Positions 31,447 to 39,850 of a stretch of DNA of 64,000 nt are shown in pieces. Location: contig JBHLLP010000007.1 of assembly GCA_048885525.1 (NCBI GenBank), positions 50,956 to 114,955 of the forward strand, read 5' to 3'. The translations under genes and the position numbers were made by a program. Numbering within the stretch: the stretch's first letter is position 1; each line of letters starts with the position of its first letter. Origin of the DNA: Candidatus Hermodarchaeota archaeon. Its GTDB lineage: Archaea; Asgardarchaeota; Lokiarchaeia; Sigyniarchaeales; SOKP01. The notes beneath the pieces were generated by a model. It searched no databases, had not been told where the DNA came from, and saw only the letters and a list, made by a program, of their open reading frames with translations.

Positions 31447-31965
31447 ATGGATGAATACACGGATACAGATTGGAATTGGGAATTTTATCAAGAATTGGTT
31501 GATGACGTAGATGAAAATAAAAATATCATTCAATGTTTCAATTGTGGCAAGTGTGTAGGAGATTGTCCCGCTACAAAAGTTTCTGATTTCAACATAAGAA
31601 AAATTATTACAAAAGTCCTTCGAGGAGATAAAAGTGTTTTGAAGGATTCAGATATTTGGCATTGTTATCTATGCGAAAGATGTAAAAGAGTTTGCCCAAA
31701 AGACAATATTAATATCCCCCTACTTATCATTAATTTAAGAAATGAAAGTTTTAAAAAAGGTTATGGCCCTCGTTATAATGATCTACGAAAATACGTAGAG
31801 ATGTCAGAGAGATTTTTAACAAACGGAACTGTGTTGGAAGATCCATTGGATGGTGGGTTACCTCCAGAACGTATGGAAGAATTAAATGAAATTTGTAATT
31901 TTGCTCGAATAAAATATGTATTCAAAGCAAGTAAAAATAAAAGTAAAGGAAAAAAGAAAAAATAA
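31447..31965 (+). CDS. hdrC: Heterodisulfide reductase subunit C-like (2x[4Fe-4S])
   Basis: CFNCGKCVGDCP and WHCYLCERCKRVCP; upstream of hdrB. Confidence 0.8.
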   Translation: MDEYTDTDWNWEFYQELVDDVDENKNIIQCFNCGKCVGDCPATKVSDFNIRKIITKVLRGDKSVLKDSDIWHCYLCERCKRVCPKDNINIPLLIINLRNESFKKGYGPRYNDLRKYVEMSERFLTNGTVLEDPLDGGLPPERMEELNEICNFARIKYVFKASKNKSKGKKKK

Positions 31966-31986
31966 TAATAATTACTCTTCAGATCA

Positions 31987-33000
31987 ATGGATTCAGTCAA
32001 TTTAACATTAAATTTAGATGAAATAGAAAGGAGTTATCCAGAAAATCCTTTAGATTATTTTAAAGATAAAAAATTATGCCTTTTCAAAGCTTGTCTTGAA
32101 AAATATTTTCCTGGAGTAAGATGGGGAATTCAGGACCTTCTAGAAGAACTACAATTAAATGTAACATTGTGTATGAATCAATCATGCTGTTCTGGTACTT
32201 TTTTCCAAAGAAATTTGATTACTAGGGCTCAGTTTGCTGCTATTAATGAAAGGAATTTAAGTGAAATGAATCAATTAGCTGATATCGTGTTTTTTAGTTG
32301 TAATGGGTGTTATAATAGTCTTTTAAGGGGACGAGAATTTTTAAAAATCCCTGAAGTGAAGCAAAAAACTAATGAAATCCTAAAAAACCTAGAAAAGAAA
32401 AAAATTGGTAAAAATTATCCAAATAAATATAAAATTCTTGAAGATTTTAATCTCAAGTTAATCCATGACTTAGATTTTTTATATCTAATTCGAAATGATG
32501 TTCTTAATTCTTTAAAATTTGATTTGAAAGATCTCAAAGTTGCTATTCATTATGGATGTCATTATCTAAATCTATCAAGAGATAAAAGATATATTGAAGA
32601 TTATATAAGAGATAAAACTAAATTAGATGAACTAATCACTCTTTTTGGTGGTATTCCTGTTGATTATCAAGAAAGAGAAAGCTGTTGTGGGTGGGGTGCT
32701 TCACAATTATTAATTAACCCTAAAGAAGCACTTAAAATTACATATAATAAATTGAAAAGCGCTGAATCTGTTGGTGCTGATTTTTTAGTGACTCCATGCC
32801 CAACATGTCTATATACTCTAAGCAAACCTGAATATAGGGAGAAAATGTATAAATGGTATGGTAATAAGCTAGATCTTCCTACTATTCATTTAAATGAATT
32901 AATTGCTATACTACGTGGATGTGAAGAAGAACGATGTATTACTCTTCGACGAAAAACTCCTCGTTTAGATGAGATTTTTGAAATCATAACAAAAGAGTAA
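31987..33000 (+). CDS. hdrB: Heterodisulfide reductase subunit B-like (two CCG domains)
   Basis: SCCSG...CNGC, HYGCH, SCCGWG...CPTC. Confidence 0.85.
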   Translation: MDSVNLTLNLDEIERSYPENPLDYFKDKKLCLFKACLEKYFPGVRWGIQDLLEELQLNVTLCMNQSCCSGTFFQRNLITRAQFAAINERNLSEMNQLADIVFFSCNGCYNSLLRGREFLKIPEVKQKTNEILKNLEKKKIGKNYPNKYKILEDFNLKLIHDLDFLYLIRNDVLNSLKFDLKDLKVAIHYGCHYLNLSRDKRYIEDYIRDKTKLDELITLFGGIPVDYQERESCCGWGASQLLINPKEALKITYNKLKSAESVGADFLVTPCPTCLYTLSKPEYREKMYKWYGNKLDLPTIHLNELIAILRGCEEERCITLRRKTPRLDEIFEIITKE

Positions 33001-33034
33001 TTAATATAAAAATTATCTTAACTTCTTAAAATTT

Positions 33035-33436
33035 TTACATCTCTTCAATTGCACATCTAGGACAAGAGTCCAAACATAACAAACAACCGATACATTTTTC
33101 ATAATAAAACTTTAGTCTTTCTTCTTGATCCAAGGATAAAGCATCAGTAGGACATAATGAAATGCAAGCGCCACAGTCAATGCATTTATCATCATCAATA
33201 AATACTCGACCCTTCTTATTAACTATAATATTGTTTTTCCTTAAAGACTCAGTAATTGTTTTTATTTTGTCTTCTGGAATATCTATTAATAAATTAATTC
33301 CATTAGTTCCCGTTGAAAATTTGAGAATGTTTAATGTGATATCATATTTTAATATTTCATTTATGAATCTTGAATAATCACTAATATCTTTTATTACACC
33401 AAAAGGCAATGTAACATTAATTATTGTCACTTTCAC
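33035..33436 (-). CDS. NIL domain + 2x[4Fe-4S] ferredoxin (iron-sulfur partner of aspartate-semialdehyde sulfurtransferase)
   Basis: CIDCGACISLCP, CIGCLLCLDSCP; ATGA overlap with the upstream DUF39 gene. Confidence 0.85.
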   Translation of the reverse strand: MKVTIINVTLPFGVIKDISDYSRFINEILKYDITLNILKFSTGTNGINLLIDIPEDKIKTITESLRKNNIIVNKKGRVFIDDDKCIDCGACISLCPTDALSLDQEERLKFYYEKCIGCLLCLDSCPRCAIEEM

Positions 33437-34905
33437 ATCAACTCCTCACTAGTTATTATCCCTACTACTTTATTATTCTCATCAACCACAGGTAAAGCTG
33501 AAATTTCATTTAATTTCATTTTTCGGGCTGCAACATCAATAGGTTCATTATCAGTAGTTAAGATAACTTTTTTGGTGATAATTTCGTTTAAATCAGTTTT
33601 ATCTTCTGCTATTGCTTTTGTAACATCAAAGCTAGTCACAATTCCTTTAAGATTCTTTTCTCTGTCTGTTATTATGATATGATTCATATTTTGATTAATT
33701 ATTTGTTTTGCGACTGTTTTTAAATCAGAATCATCAAAACAAATTACTGCATCTCTTTTTAATTCTTTCACAAACTGTAATTTCGAAGTTTGTTTCATTG
33801 GTTTAAAAATTGTATCAGTAGGTAATGTTTCAGCTGGAGGATTTAATAAAAATTCACCATCCATAATCCATTTTTTAAGTAGTTTTGCAACTTTACGTGC
33901 ATAAAATACAGAAGAAAGTGAGGAACATTTTATTTTTTTACCTTCTAATTCGATATATCCACTCTTCAATTCCTTATAACTTACTTGTTTAAGTTTTGGT
34001 TTATCTCTTCTAGGGATTCCATAATCTATTACATCAGTTAAAATCTCTTCGTCTCTAATCGCAGTTTTTCTTACTAAACCTTCATTTAATATTGGAATTG
34101 GAATACCTATACCCACGAACATTGAGGTACCATATTTTTCATAAATTACACCACGTAAAAACTCTGGATTCATTTGCTTCAAATCTCCTTTCACAAAAAG
34201 TGTTCCAAATCTGTTCTTAGGGTTGTGTTGAGTCCCTTCTCCCATAATATATCCAATGCCTCCACCCAAAAAGATTCTTGTACCGATTCCGATGGTTTCA
34301 TAATCGGGGTCATTACTTAAAGGATTTAAACACCCAGATCCAGCATAATGTGCATTTCCATAATGAGGTAATAACTTTCCCATATATGTATATAACGTTT
34401 TGTCAGAACTGTTTACGGCACATATATACCTCTGATATGCATTCCTAGGATTACATAATATTGCTTGGTTTATGTCATCAATTGTAAATTCAGTATCAAT
34501 TTCTGCTAATGGATAACAATCTGTTGTATAAGAATTACCTTTCATTCTTATGGGTTTCCAAGAAACAAGATCCTCGATAATATGTCCTCCACCATATTCA
34601 TATGGGCGTACATCAGACATTCTGGTGCAACCTATATAACAATCCACAGCAGCATTCCCATGGTATGCTTTAACATCATTTAACCACAAATGTTCAAATT
34701 TTATTGGAGGATCAGAGTGACCAAAATTCAAGAATGCTCCACTTGAACACATAGGACCAAAAGTACCAGTAGTGACAACATCAACCTCTTCAGCTGCTAC
34801 AGTGATCCCTTTATCCTCCACAATCTTTATCATTTCTTCTGCTGTAACCACCACACAATTACCATTCTTTATTTTTTCATTAATCTCTTCATAATTTTTC
34901 GTCAA
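33433..34905 (-). CDS. L-aspartate semialdehyde sulfurtransferase (homocysteine biosynthesis; DUF39 + CBS pair, MA1821/MJ0100 family)
   Basis: VDVVTTGTFGPMCSSGA, NPRNAYQ, TYMG.LLP, NDPDYETIGIGT; C-terminal CBS domains. Confidence 0.9.
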   Translation of the reverse strand: MTKNYEEINEKIKNGNCVVVTAEEMIKIVEDKGITVAAEEVDVVTTGTFGPMCSSGAFLNFGHSDPPIKFEHLWLNDVKAYHGNAAVDCYIGCTRMSDVRPYEYGGGHIIEDLVSWKPIRMKGNSYTTDCYPLAEIDTEFTIDDINQAILCNPRNAYQRYICAVNSSDKTLYTYMGKLLPHYGNAHYAGSGCLNPLSNDPDYETIGIGTRIFLGGGIGYIMGEGTQHNPKNRFGTLFVKGDLKQMNPEFLRGVIYEKYGTSMFVGIGIPIPILNEGLVRKTAIRDEEILTDVIDYGIPRRDKPKLKQVSYKELKSGYIELEGKKIKCSSLSSVFYARKVAKLLKKWIMDGEFLLNPPAETLPTDTIFKPMKQTSKLQFVKELKRDAVICFDDSDLKTVAKQIINQNMNHIIITDREKNLKGIVTSFDVTKAIAEDKTDLNEIITKKVILTTDNEPIDVAARKMKLNEISALPVVDENNKVVGIITSEELM

Positions 34906-35004
34906 ATTAACACCTATAGTTTGCTTTTAACGGTTATTATTCCTTATTAATAAGTAAAAAATATGCACAATTTATAATATTTAACCCATCAAATATTCAT
35001 TAAA

Positions 35005-35019
35005 TGCATATTATATGCA
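35005..35019. promoter_or_regulatory. Palindrome TGCATA-TTA-TATGCA upstream of the homocysteine-synthesis operon
   Basis: Perfect 6-bp inverted repeat; ATATGCAC also occurs at 34961-34968 on the other side of a minus-strand TATA-like box (34970-34977). Confidence 0.35.
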
Positions 35020-35090
35020 CTTAAATAATAACCCGCTTTTATCAAAAATTAAGAATAGAAATTAGAAAGAATTTATTTTATCTCTCAATT

Positions 35091-37064
35091 TTATGAATTT
35101 AATGGAATGGTTTTATCCATAAATATCTCTTTTATTAAAGGTTTAAGTAATGGGATATCCTTAAATTGGATCTCCTTATTAACCTGATTAAAGTTATTAA
35201 AAGTTTGCCAAATATCCTCATCGTTCTGTATTTTATCTAGAAAACAACTAATCCTCTTCTGAGCTAGATATGACTGCCCCTTGAATACATAACACATATA
35301 AAAGGGTGACACGGAGTTCATCAAGAGCGTATGTTCACCAAAAATCGCACGATCCAATCCTTCAGAGAATTTTTCATTAATAAAAGAATTAATAGCAGTA
35401 AAAAATCCTCCAAAAAGATGGTCTTCAAATGATTGATCCTCGATGAATGATTGTGAGAATATTGGTCTCCCCCCCTCTGTTACGATTAAAAGAAGCACAG
35501 GTTCTTCATCTGAAAGTTCAGGGACTTCTACTGCTCTATTTTGGATCATATTCTCTATTTGTTCATTTAATTGAGCAAATTCCATACGTTCTTTTAATGA
35601 AGAACTTGAATCTTTTAAGTTCTCCCATATAGTTACCTGTTTAAGAAGTACATCATGTTCATGGGAAATTTTCCTTGCTATTAGGGTAAGGCCATATTTT
35701 TCAGCAATTTTCTGTCCTTGAGCCAAAAATCGCTGAGCCTTCTTAATATCAAAGCTTAATAGTGATAGTCTGGCTTGCAATAGGTAAGTTTCGCATAGAA
35801 TCGAGTATGAGTTAGATTTTTCGGCAATATCTAATAATCGAGTAATAAGAGGGTTGATCTCTTCCAACACTTTTAAGTCATTAGTCATCCGTAACTCAAT
35901 TAAGAGCAATTCACACAAGTTAGGCAGTGCTTTTAAAATAAGTTCAAAATCTGAATCCTCATCTTCGAGGAGTTGCTTTAATATTCCTTCAGCTTCAGCC
36001 TTATTATGGATTCGCGAACTCTTTTTCAATATCAAAGCTTTATTTAAAAGATACATTGAATTAAGTTTTTTATCTTTCAATTGATTGTTTAATTGCTCCA
36101 AATCGTATAGATATTGCTGAGCCCGTTCAAGATCTCCCCTTTCTATTAATATTTGAATTAAAAAATCGTGAACATTAGCTATATATCTTAAATTTCCTGA
36201 TTCTTCATGTAGTGCCAAAGCTTGTTCTATGCACTCTAAAGCACGATCTAATTCTCCTCTCTGTCTATAAGCTTCCCCCAAAGAGTTAAGAATCCGTGCT
36301 ACCATATGTTTATTGTTAAGGCCATTGAAAATTGTCAAGCCCTGCTCATAAAGCATAATACCACGATCTAAATCACCTTTAACAAGAGGTACAACTGCCA
36401 TACCACCAAAACAATTTCCAATACACCATTTATTACCACTTTCATTGGCAAGAGCTATACCTTGCTCCACATATTTTAAAGCACTGTCAAAATCGACTTT
36501 TAAAAAAACAAGAACCCAGACAATTCCTATAAGGGAAAGGACAATTTCCCGTTTAGCACCAAACTCTTCTTGCAATGATATACTATGCTTAAAGTTCTTT
36601 AATGCCCGATCTGCATCCCTTACATTGAAGTAATCCCATCCTTTAAGATAAGCTATATAAGCCTCTCTTTGCTTGTAATCTGCCGGTAATTCTCGTGTTA
36701 AGTTTTTTAACAGTTCTTCCCCCTGCTTAATTATATCGTGAATTTTATCTAATTGACCAAGCCATATTAATGCCCAAGCCTTCCATATTAAAGCATCAAC
36801 AGATAGGAGGTTTTTTCCTAATCCTAAACTCTCTTTATATGTTTGTTCGGCAAGCTTGACAACATTTTCATGTAAACCTCTCAAATGTAAGAGTTCACAC
36901 TCTAGAAGATGGCATAAAACTATATCATGAAGAGTATGTCTTCCCCTTTCCTCAAAATTCTTAATTAATTGGTCCGCTTCATCATACTTACATTCGTCAA
37001 TGAGTTGTTTTGCTCGAATTAATTCCTCAGGTTTGTCTTTTGTTAAGACTATTTTTTCGTTCAT
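35091..37064 (-). CDS. TPR-repeat protein with C-terminal longin-like domain
   Basis: TPR pattern ILNSLGEAYRQRGELDRALECIEQAL; C-terminal LLLIVTEGGRPIFS...LFGGFFTAINSF. Confidence 0.85.
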   Translation of the reverse strand: MNEKIVLTKDKPEELIRAKQLIDECKYDEADQLIKNFEERGRHTLHDIVLCHLLECELLHLRGLHENVVKLAEQTYKESLGLGKNLLSVDALIWKAWALIWLGQLDKIHDIIKQGEELLKNLTRELPADYKQREAYIAYLKGWDYFNVRDADRALKNFKHSISLQEEFGAKREIVLSLIGIVWVLVFLKVDFDSALKYVEQGIALANESGNKWCIGNCFGGMAVVPLVKGDLDRGIMLYEQGLTIFNGLNNKHMVARILNSLGEAYRQRGELDRALECIEQALALHEESGNLRYIANVHDFLIQILIERGDLERAQQYLYDLEQLNNQLKDKKLNSMYLLNKALILKKSSRIHNKAEAEGILKQLLEDEDSDFELILKALPNLCELLLIELRMTNDLKVLEEINPLITRLLDIAEKSNSYSILCETYLLQARLSLLSFDIKKAQRFLAQGQKIAEKYGLTLIARKISHEHDVLLKQVTIWENLKDSSSSLKERMEFAQLNEQIENMIQNRAVEVPELSDEEPVLLLIVTEGGRPIFSQSFIEDQSFEDHLFGGFFTAINSFINEKFSEGLDRAIFGEHTLLMNSVSPFYMCYVFKGQSYLAQKRISCFLDKIQNDEDIWQTFNNFNQVNKEIQFKDIPLLKPLIKEIFMDKTIPLNS

Positions 37065-37252
37065 GGAAAATATTAGGTCTAGAATACCATTATTCGAATA
37101 TAATATACAATATGATAAAATATTATATTAATCTACTTAGACAGTAATGATACAACAAGAATCAAAGAAATGATTTAAAAAGAAACAATAGAAGTTTGGA
37201 ATGATTTAAATTCTTATTATGTTTTCTACAATTACATGATTTAGAAATTGAA

Positions 37253-38176
37253 TTGACTATGGTACAAAAAAATCCTAAGAACGCCTCATCCAATCGGAGT
37301 TTAATTGCCATATTCCTATTGATTCTTACCACAGTCCTCTGGGGGACATCTTTCATTCTCACAAAAAATATAACTCAAGATGTACCAATTTTTATTTATA
37401 TAGGGTTAAGATTCGCAATTGCATTATTAGGATTTGCACCATGCTACCCTTATTTAAGAAAACTTAACAAAAAGATATGTTTAATGAGTCTTGTGACTGG
37501 AATGCTTTACTATATCGGTTTAGCTGTTCAAACATATGGACTTCAAACAACAACAGCAGGAAAAGCAGGTTTCATTACCGGATTAAGTGCTATTGTTGTC
37601 CCCTTTATTGCATGGATTGGCTTTAAAAAACCTTTAAGTAAAAGAATTTGGGTCGCTGTAATCTTATCTGTATTAGGAATGGCTTTTTTATTATTAGAGG
37701 GTGAATCAGGAATAATTGTTGGGGATTTAATAGTACTAATCAGTGCTTTTATTTGGGCTTTTTATATCATTTATAATGACAAATTTGTTCGACTTACAGA
37801 TATTTATTCTTATTCAATTATTCAAATTATTGTGGTTTCCTCTGCAAGTTTTATCACTTCATTTATAATACAAGAATCTTATGTATTATTATCATTTCCT
37901 CCAACTTTTTGGTATATAATGATTTATCTGGGAATTGGCGTTATGACATTAACGATTTTTTTTCAAAATTGGAGTCAACAATATCAAGGACCTACTCAAA
38001 CTGCAATAATTTTTACTCTTGAACCTGTTTTCGCAGCATTATTTGGATTTCTCATTGGCAAAGAAATCCTTTCAGTATATGCCTGGATTGGTTGTGGATT
38101 AATATTTATTGCAATTCTTTTAACAGTTATAAAATCTACAAATAATAAGGAACAAAATAATTTAAATCTACATTAA
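37253..38176 (+). CDS. DMT/EamA-family transporter
   Basis: LWGTSF, TTAGKAGFITGL, IFTLEPVFA; about 10 TM segments. Confidence 0.9.
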   Translation: MTMVQKNPKNASSNRSLIAIFLLILTTVLWGTSFILTKNITQDVPIFIYIGLRFAIALLGFAPCYPYLRKLNKKICLMSLVTGMLYYIGLAVQTYGLQTTTAGKAGFITGLSAIVVPFIAWIGFKKPLSKRIWVAVILSVLGMAFLLLEGESGIIVGDLIVLISAFIWAFYIIYNDKFVRLTDIYSYSIIQIIVVSSASFITSFIIQESYVLLSFPPTFWYIMIYLGIGVMTLTIFFQNWSQQYQGPTQTAIIFTLEPVFAALFGFLIGKEILSVYAWIGCGLIFIAILLTVIKSTNNKEQNNLNLH

Positions 38177-38383
38177 GTATTCTATAGGGTGTAAATTTTC
38201 ATAAACACCCCATTTTGAGATATCTTAGACTTAATTCGTACTCAATTCCATAAAATTTTTACTTAACGATTTATTTAAATAAATATATCTTTATATTATA
38301 AATAAGGGTTGTTTTATTAGCTAAGTGCTAAATTTGTCATTTGAACCTTTAGATAGAAAAGTTATACATAAGTGAGATAATAC

Positions 38384-38542
38384 ATGTCCGCACATAAATT
38401 AAAACCAAAAGATTTAACTTTATGTGAAAAGTGCGGGAATGTTATGGTAAACAGAAGGATACGGAACAATAACTCAAGTGAAGTTACATTTCAAAAGGTT
38501 TTGCAATGTATCGTATGCCGATATTGGATTGCTCAAGATTAA
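38384..38542 (+). CDS. Unannotated 52-aa zinc-ribbon microprotein
   Basis: MSAHKLKPKDLTLCEKCGNVM...VLQCIVCRYWIAQD; two CxxC pairs. Confidence 0.75.
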   Translation: MSAHKLKPKDLTLCEKCGNVMVNRRIRNNNSSEVTFQKVLQCIVCRYWIAQD

Positions 38543-38636
38543 GCTTTTTATTAATTATGATGTCCTCTAATATTATAAATATTATTAATCCTCTCTTTAA
38601 CTTATTTCAATTTTCCTTAAAATTAAGTTAAAGGGA

Positions 38637-38756
38637 AGGTAAGGGAAAAGAAATTTGCGTCAAATTTTAAAATCAGGGAGAGAATTAAACTCTAATGAGT
38701 CTAATAGAGGGCGAAATCCAATGTTTACACAAATTTTCTTATAGATTCCCTTACTT
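38637..38756 (-). ncRNA. Candidate ~120-nt structured ncRNA with paired ends
   Basis: Nested inverted repeats 38637-38647/38746-38756 and 38648-38660/38727-38740; minus-strand TATA (TTTATATA, 38784-38777) about 20 nt upstream of the stem. Confidence 0.35.
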
Positions 38757-38928
38757 ACATAATTACTAGACTTCTTTATATAAAAACAATCGTATTATAA
38801 TTTATTTATGTTATGATAGCCAGTACAAGTTTTAATAATACAATTGGGTAACAAATTGAAATTTTTGTCCAAAATCTTTAATACTATTTTTTATAACTAG
38901 GTAAAAACATTTAAGCATAAAAATTATT

Positions 38929-39744
38929 TTATTTCAAAAGTTCTGTAATCTTTAATTTTAGTCCATCTTCAGCAGCAATGATATTCCTAATATTAGTACT
39001 TTCTTGAAGTTTTTTTACTTGGCTAGGGACATGATTTTTTGTCGACTTAGGGCTATCCATAAATGACCCAAAATGAGTAATAATAAGACTATCTAAAGGA
39101 GGCTCAAACTTATTTAGATAGGGTATAACTTCATCAGTACAGAGATGTCTTCTACATACGATTGAGTCTGGTCGTAGAAGGTTAAGAATTAAAATATTAC
39201 AACCAGAAAATTGTTCAGAAAAACCATTATATACTAATGTATCACTTGTAAAAGCCAGTTGATAATCATTAAGCTTAAATTTTATACCAAATCCTTCATT
39301 TTTAGAAGAATGAACGGTTTTGGTTCCAAATATTCCTACACCTTTATAATTAAATGAATCTCCCGCTCTAAATTTTACAATTTCATCGAGCATGTTTAGA
39401 TGATACTCAGAAATGTATTTCAAGACTTCATTTGAAGTGATTAATGTACCTTTTTTATAGTAATTATAGTTTCTATCATGGAGGATTTCTCGTGAACTTT
39501 CAATTATAGCACTTAAATCACTATAATGATCAACATGTGCATGAGTTACAATAAATAATTCTGTTTTTACAGGGTCTTCTTCAAATTGGTTAATTCGTAC
39601 AATTGCTCCTGGTCCTGGATCTATATGAGATTGAATGCCATTGAATTTATAAATAATTCCTCCTGTAGCTCTATATTGAGTTCTAATATGGTGTCGTCCA
39701 CCTCCAGATCCGAGGATTACCAGTTCATCAGTTCTATTAACCAT
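38929..39744 (-). CDS. Metallo-beta-lactamase-fold hydrolase
   Basis: LGSGGG, IDPGPG, THAHVDH, SDT, THFG. Confidence 0.85.
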   Translation of the reverse strand: MVNRTDELVILGSGGGRHHIRTQYRATGGIIYKFNGIQSHIDPGPGAIVRINQFEEDPVKTELFIVTHAHVDHYSDLSAIIESSREILHDRNYNYYKKGTLITSNEVLKYISEYHLNMLDEIVKFRAGDSFNYKGVGIFGTKTVHSSKNEGFGIKFKLNDYQLAFTSDTLVYNGFSEQFSGCNILILNLLRPDSIVCRRHLCTDEVIPYLNKFEPPLDSLIITHFGSFMDSPKSTKNHVPSQVKKLQESTNIRNIIAAEDGLKLKITELLK

Positions 39745-39850
39745 TTTTATAATAAAAGAATTTTAAGATATAATTTTTCATGTTTGAATGGGTATATATT
39801 AAGTGATAAATATAAGAACACTTATTTATTTTAATACGATAATGTAGATC

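Noticed and set aside
38692-38720. Hammerhead-like core (CUAAUGA...CGAAA) or SECIS-like AUGA/GA on the plus strand
   Set aside because: Conserved G5 is missing, I could not form stems I and III with a UH site, and there is no in-frame UGA gene nearby.
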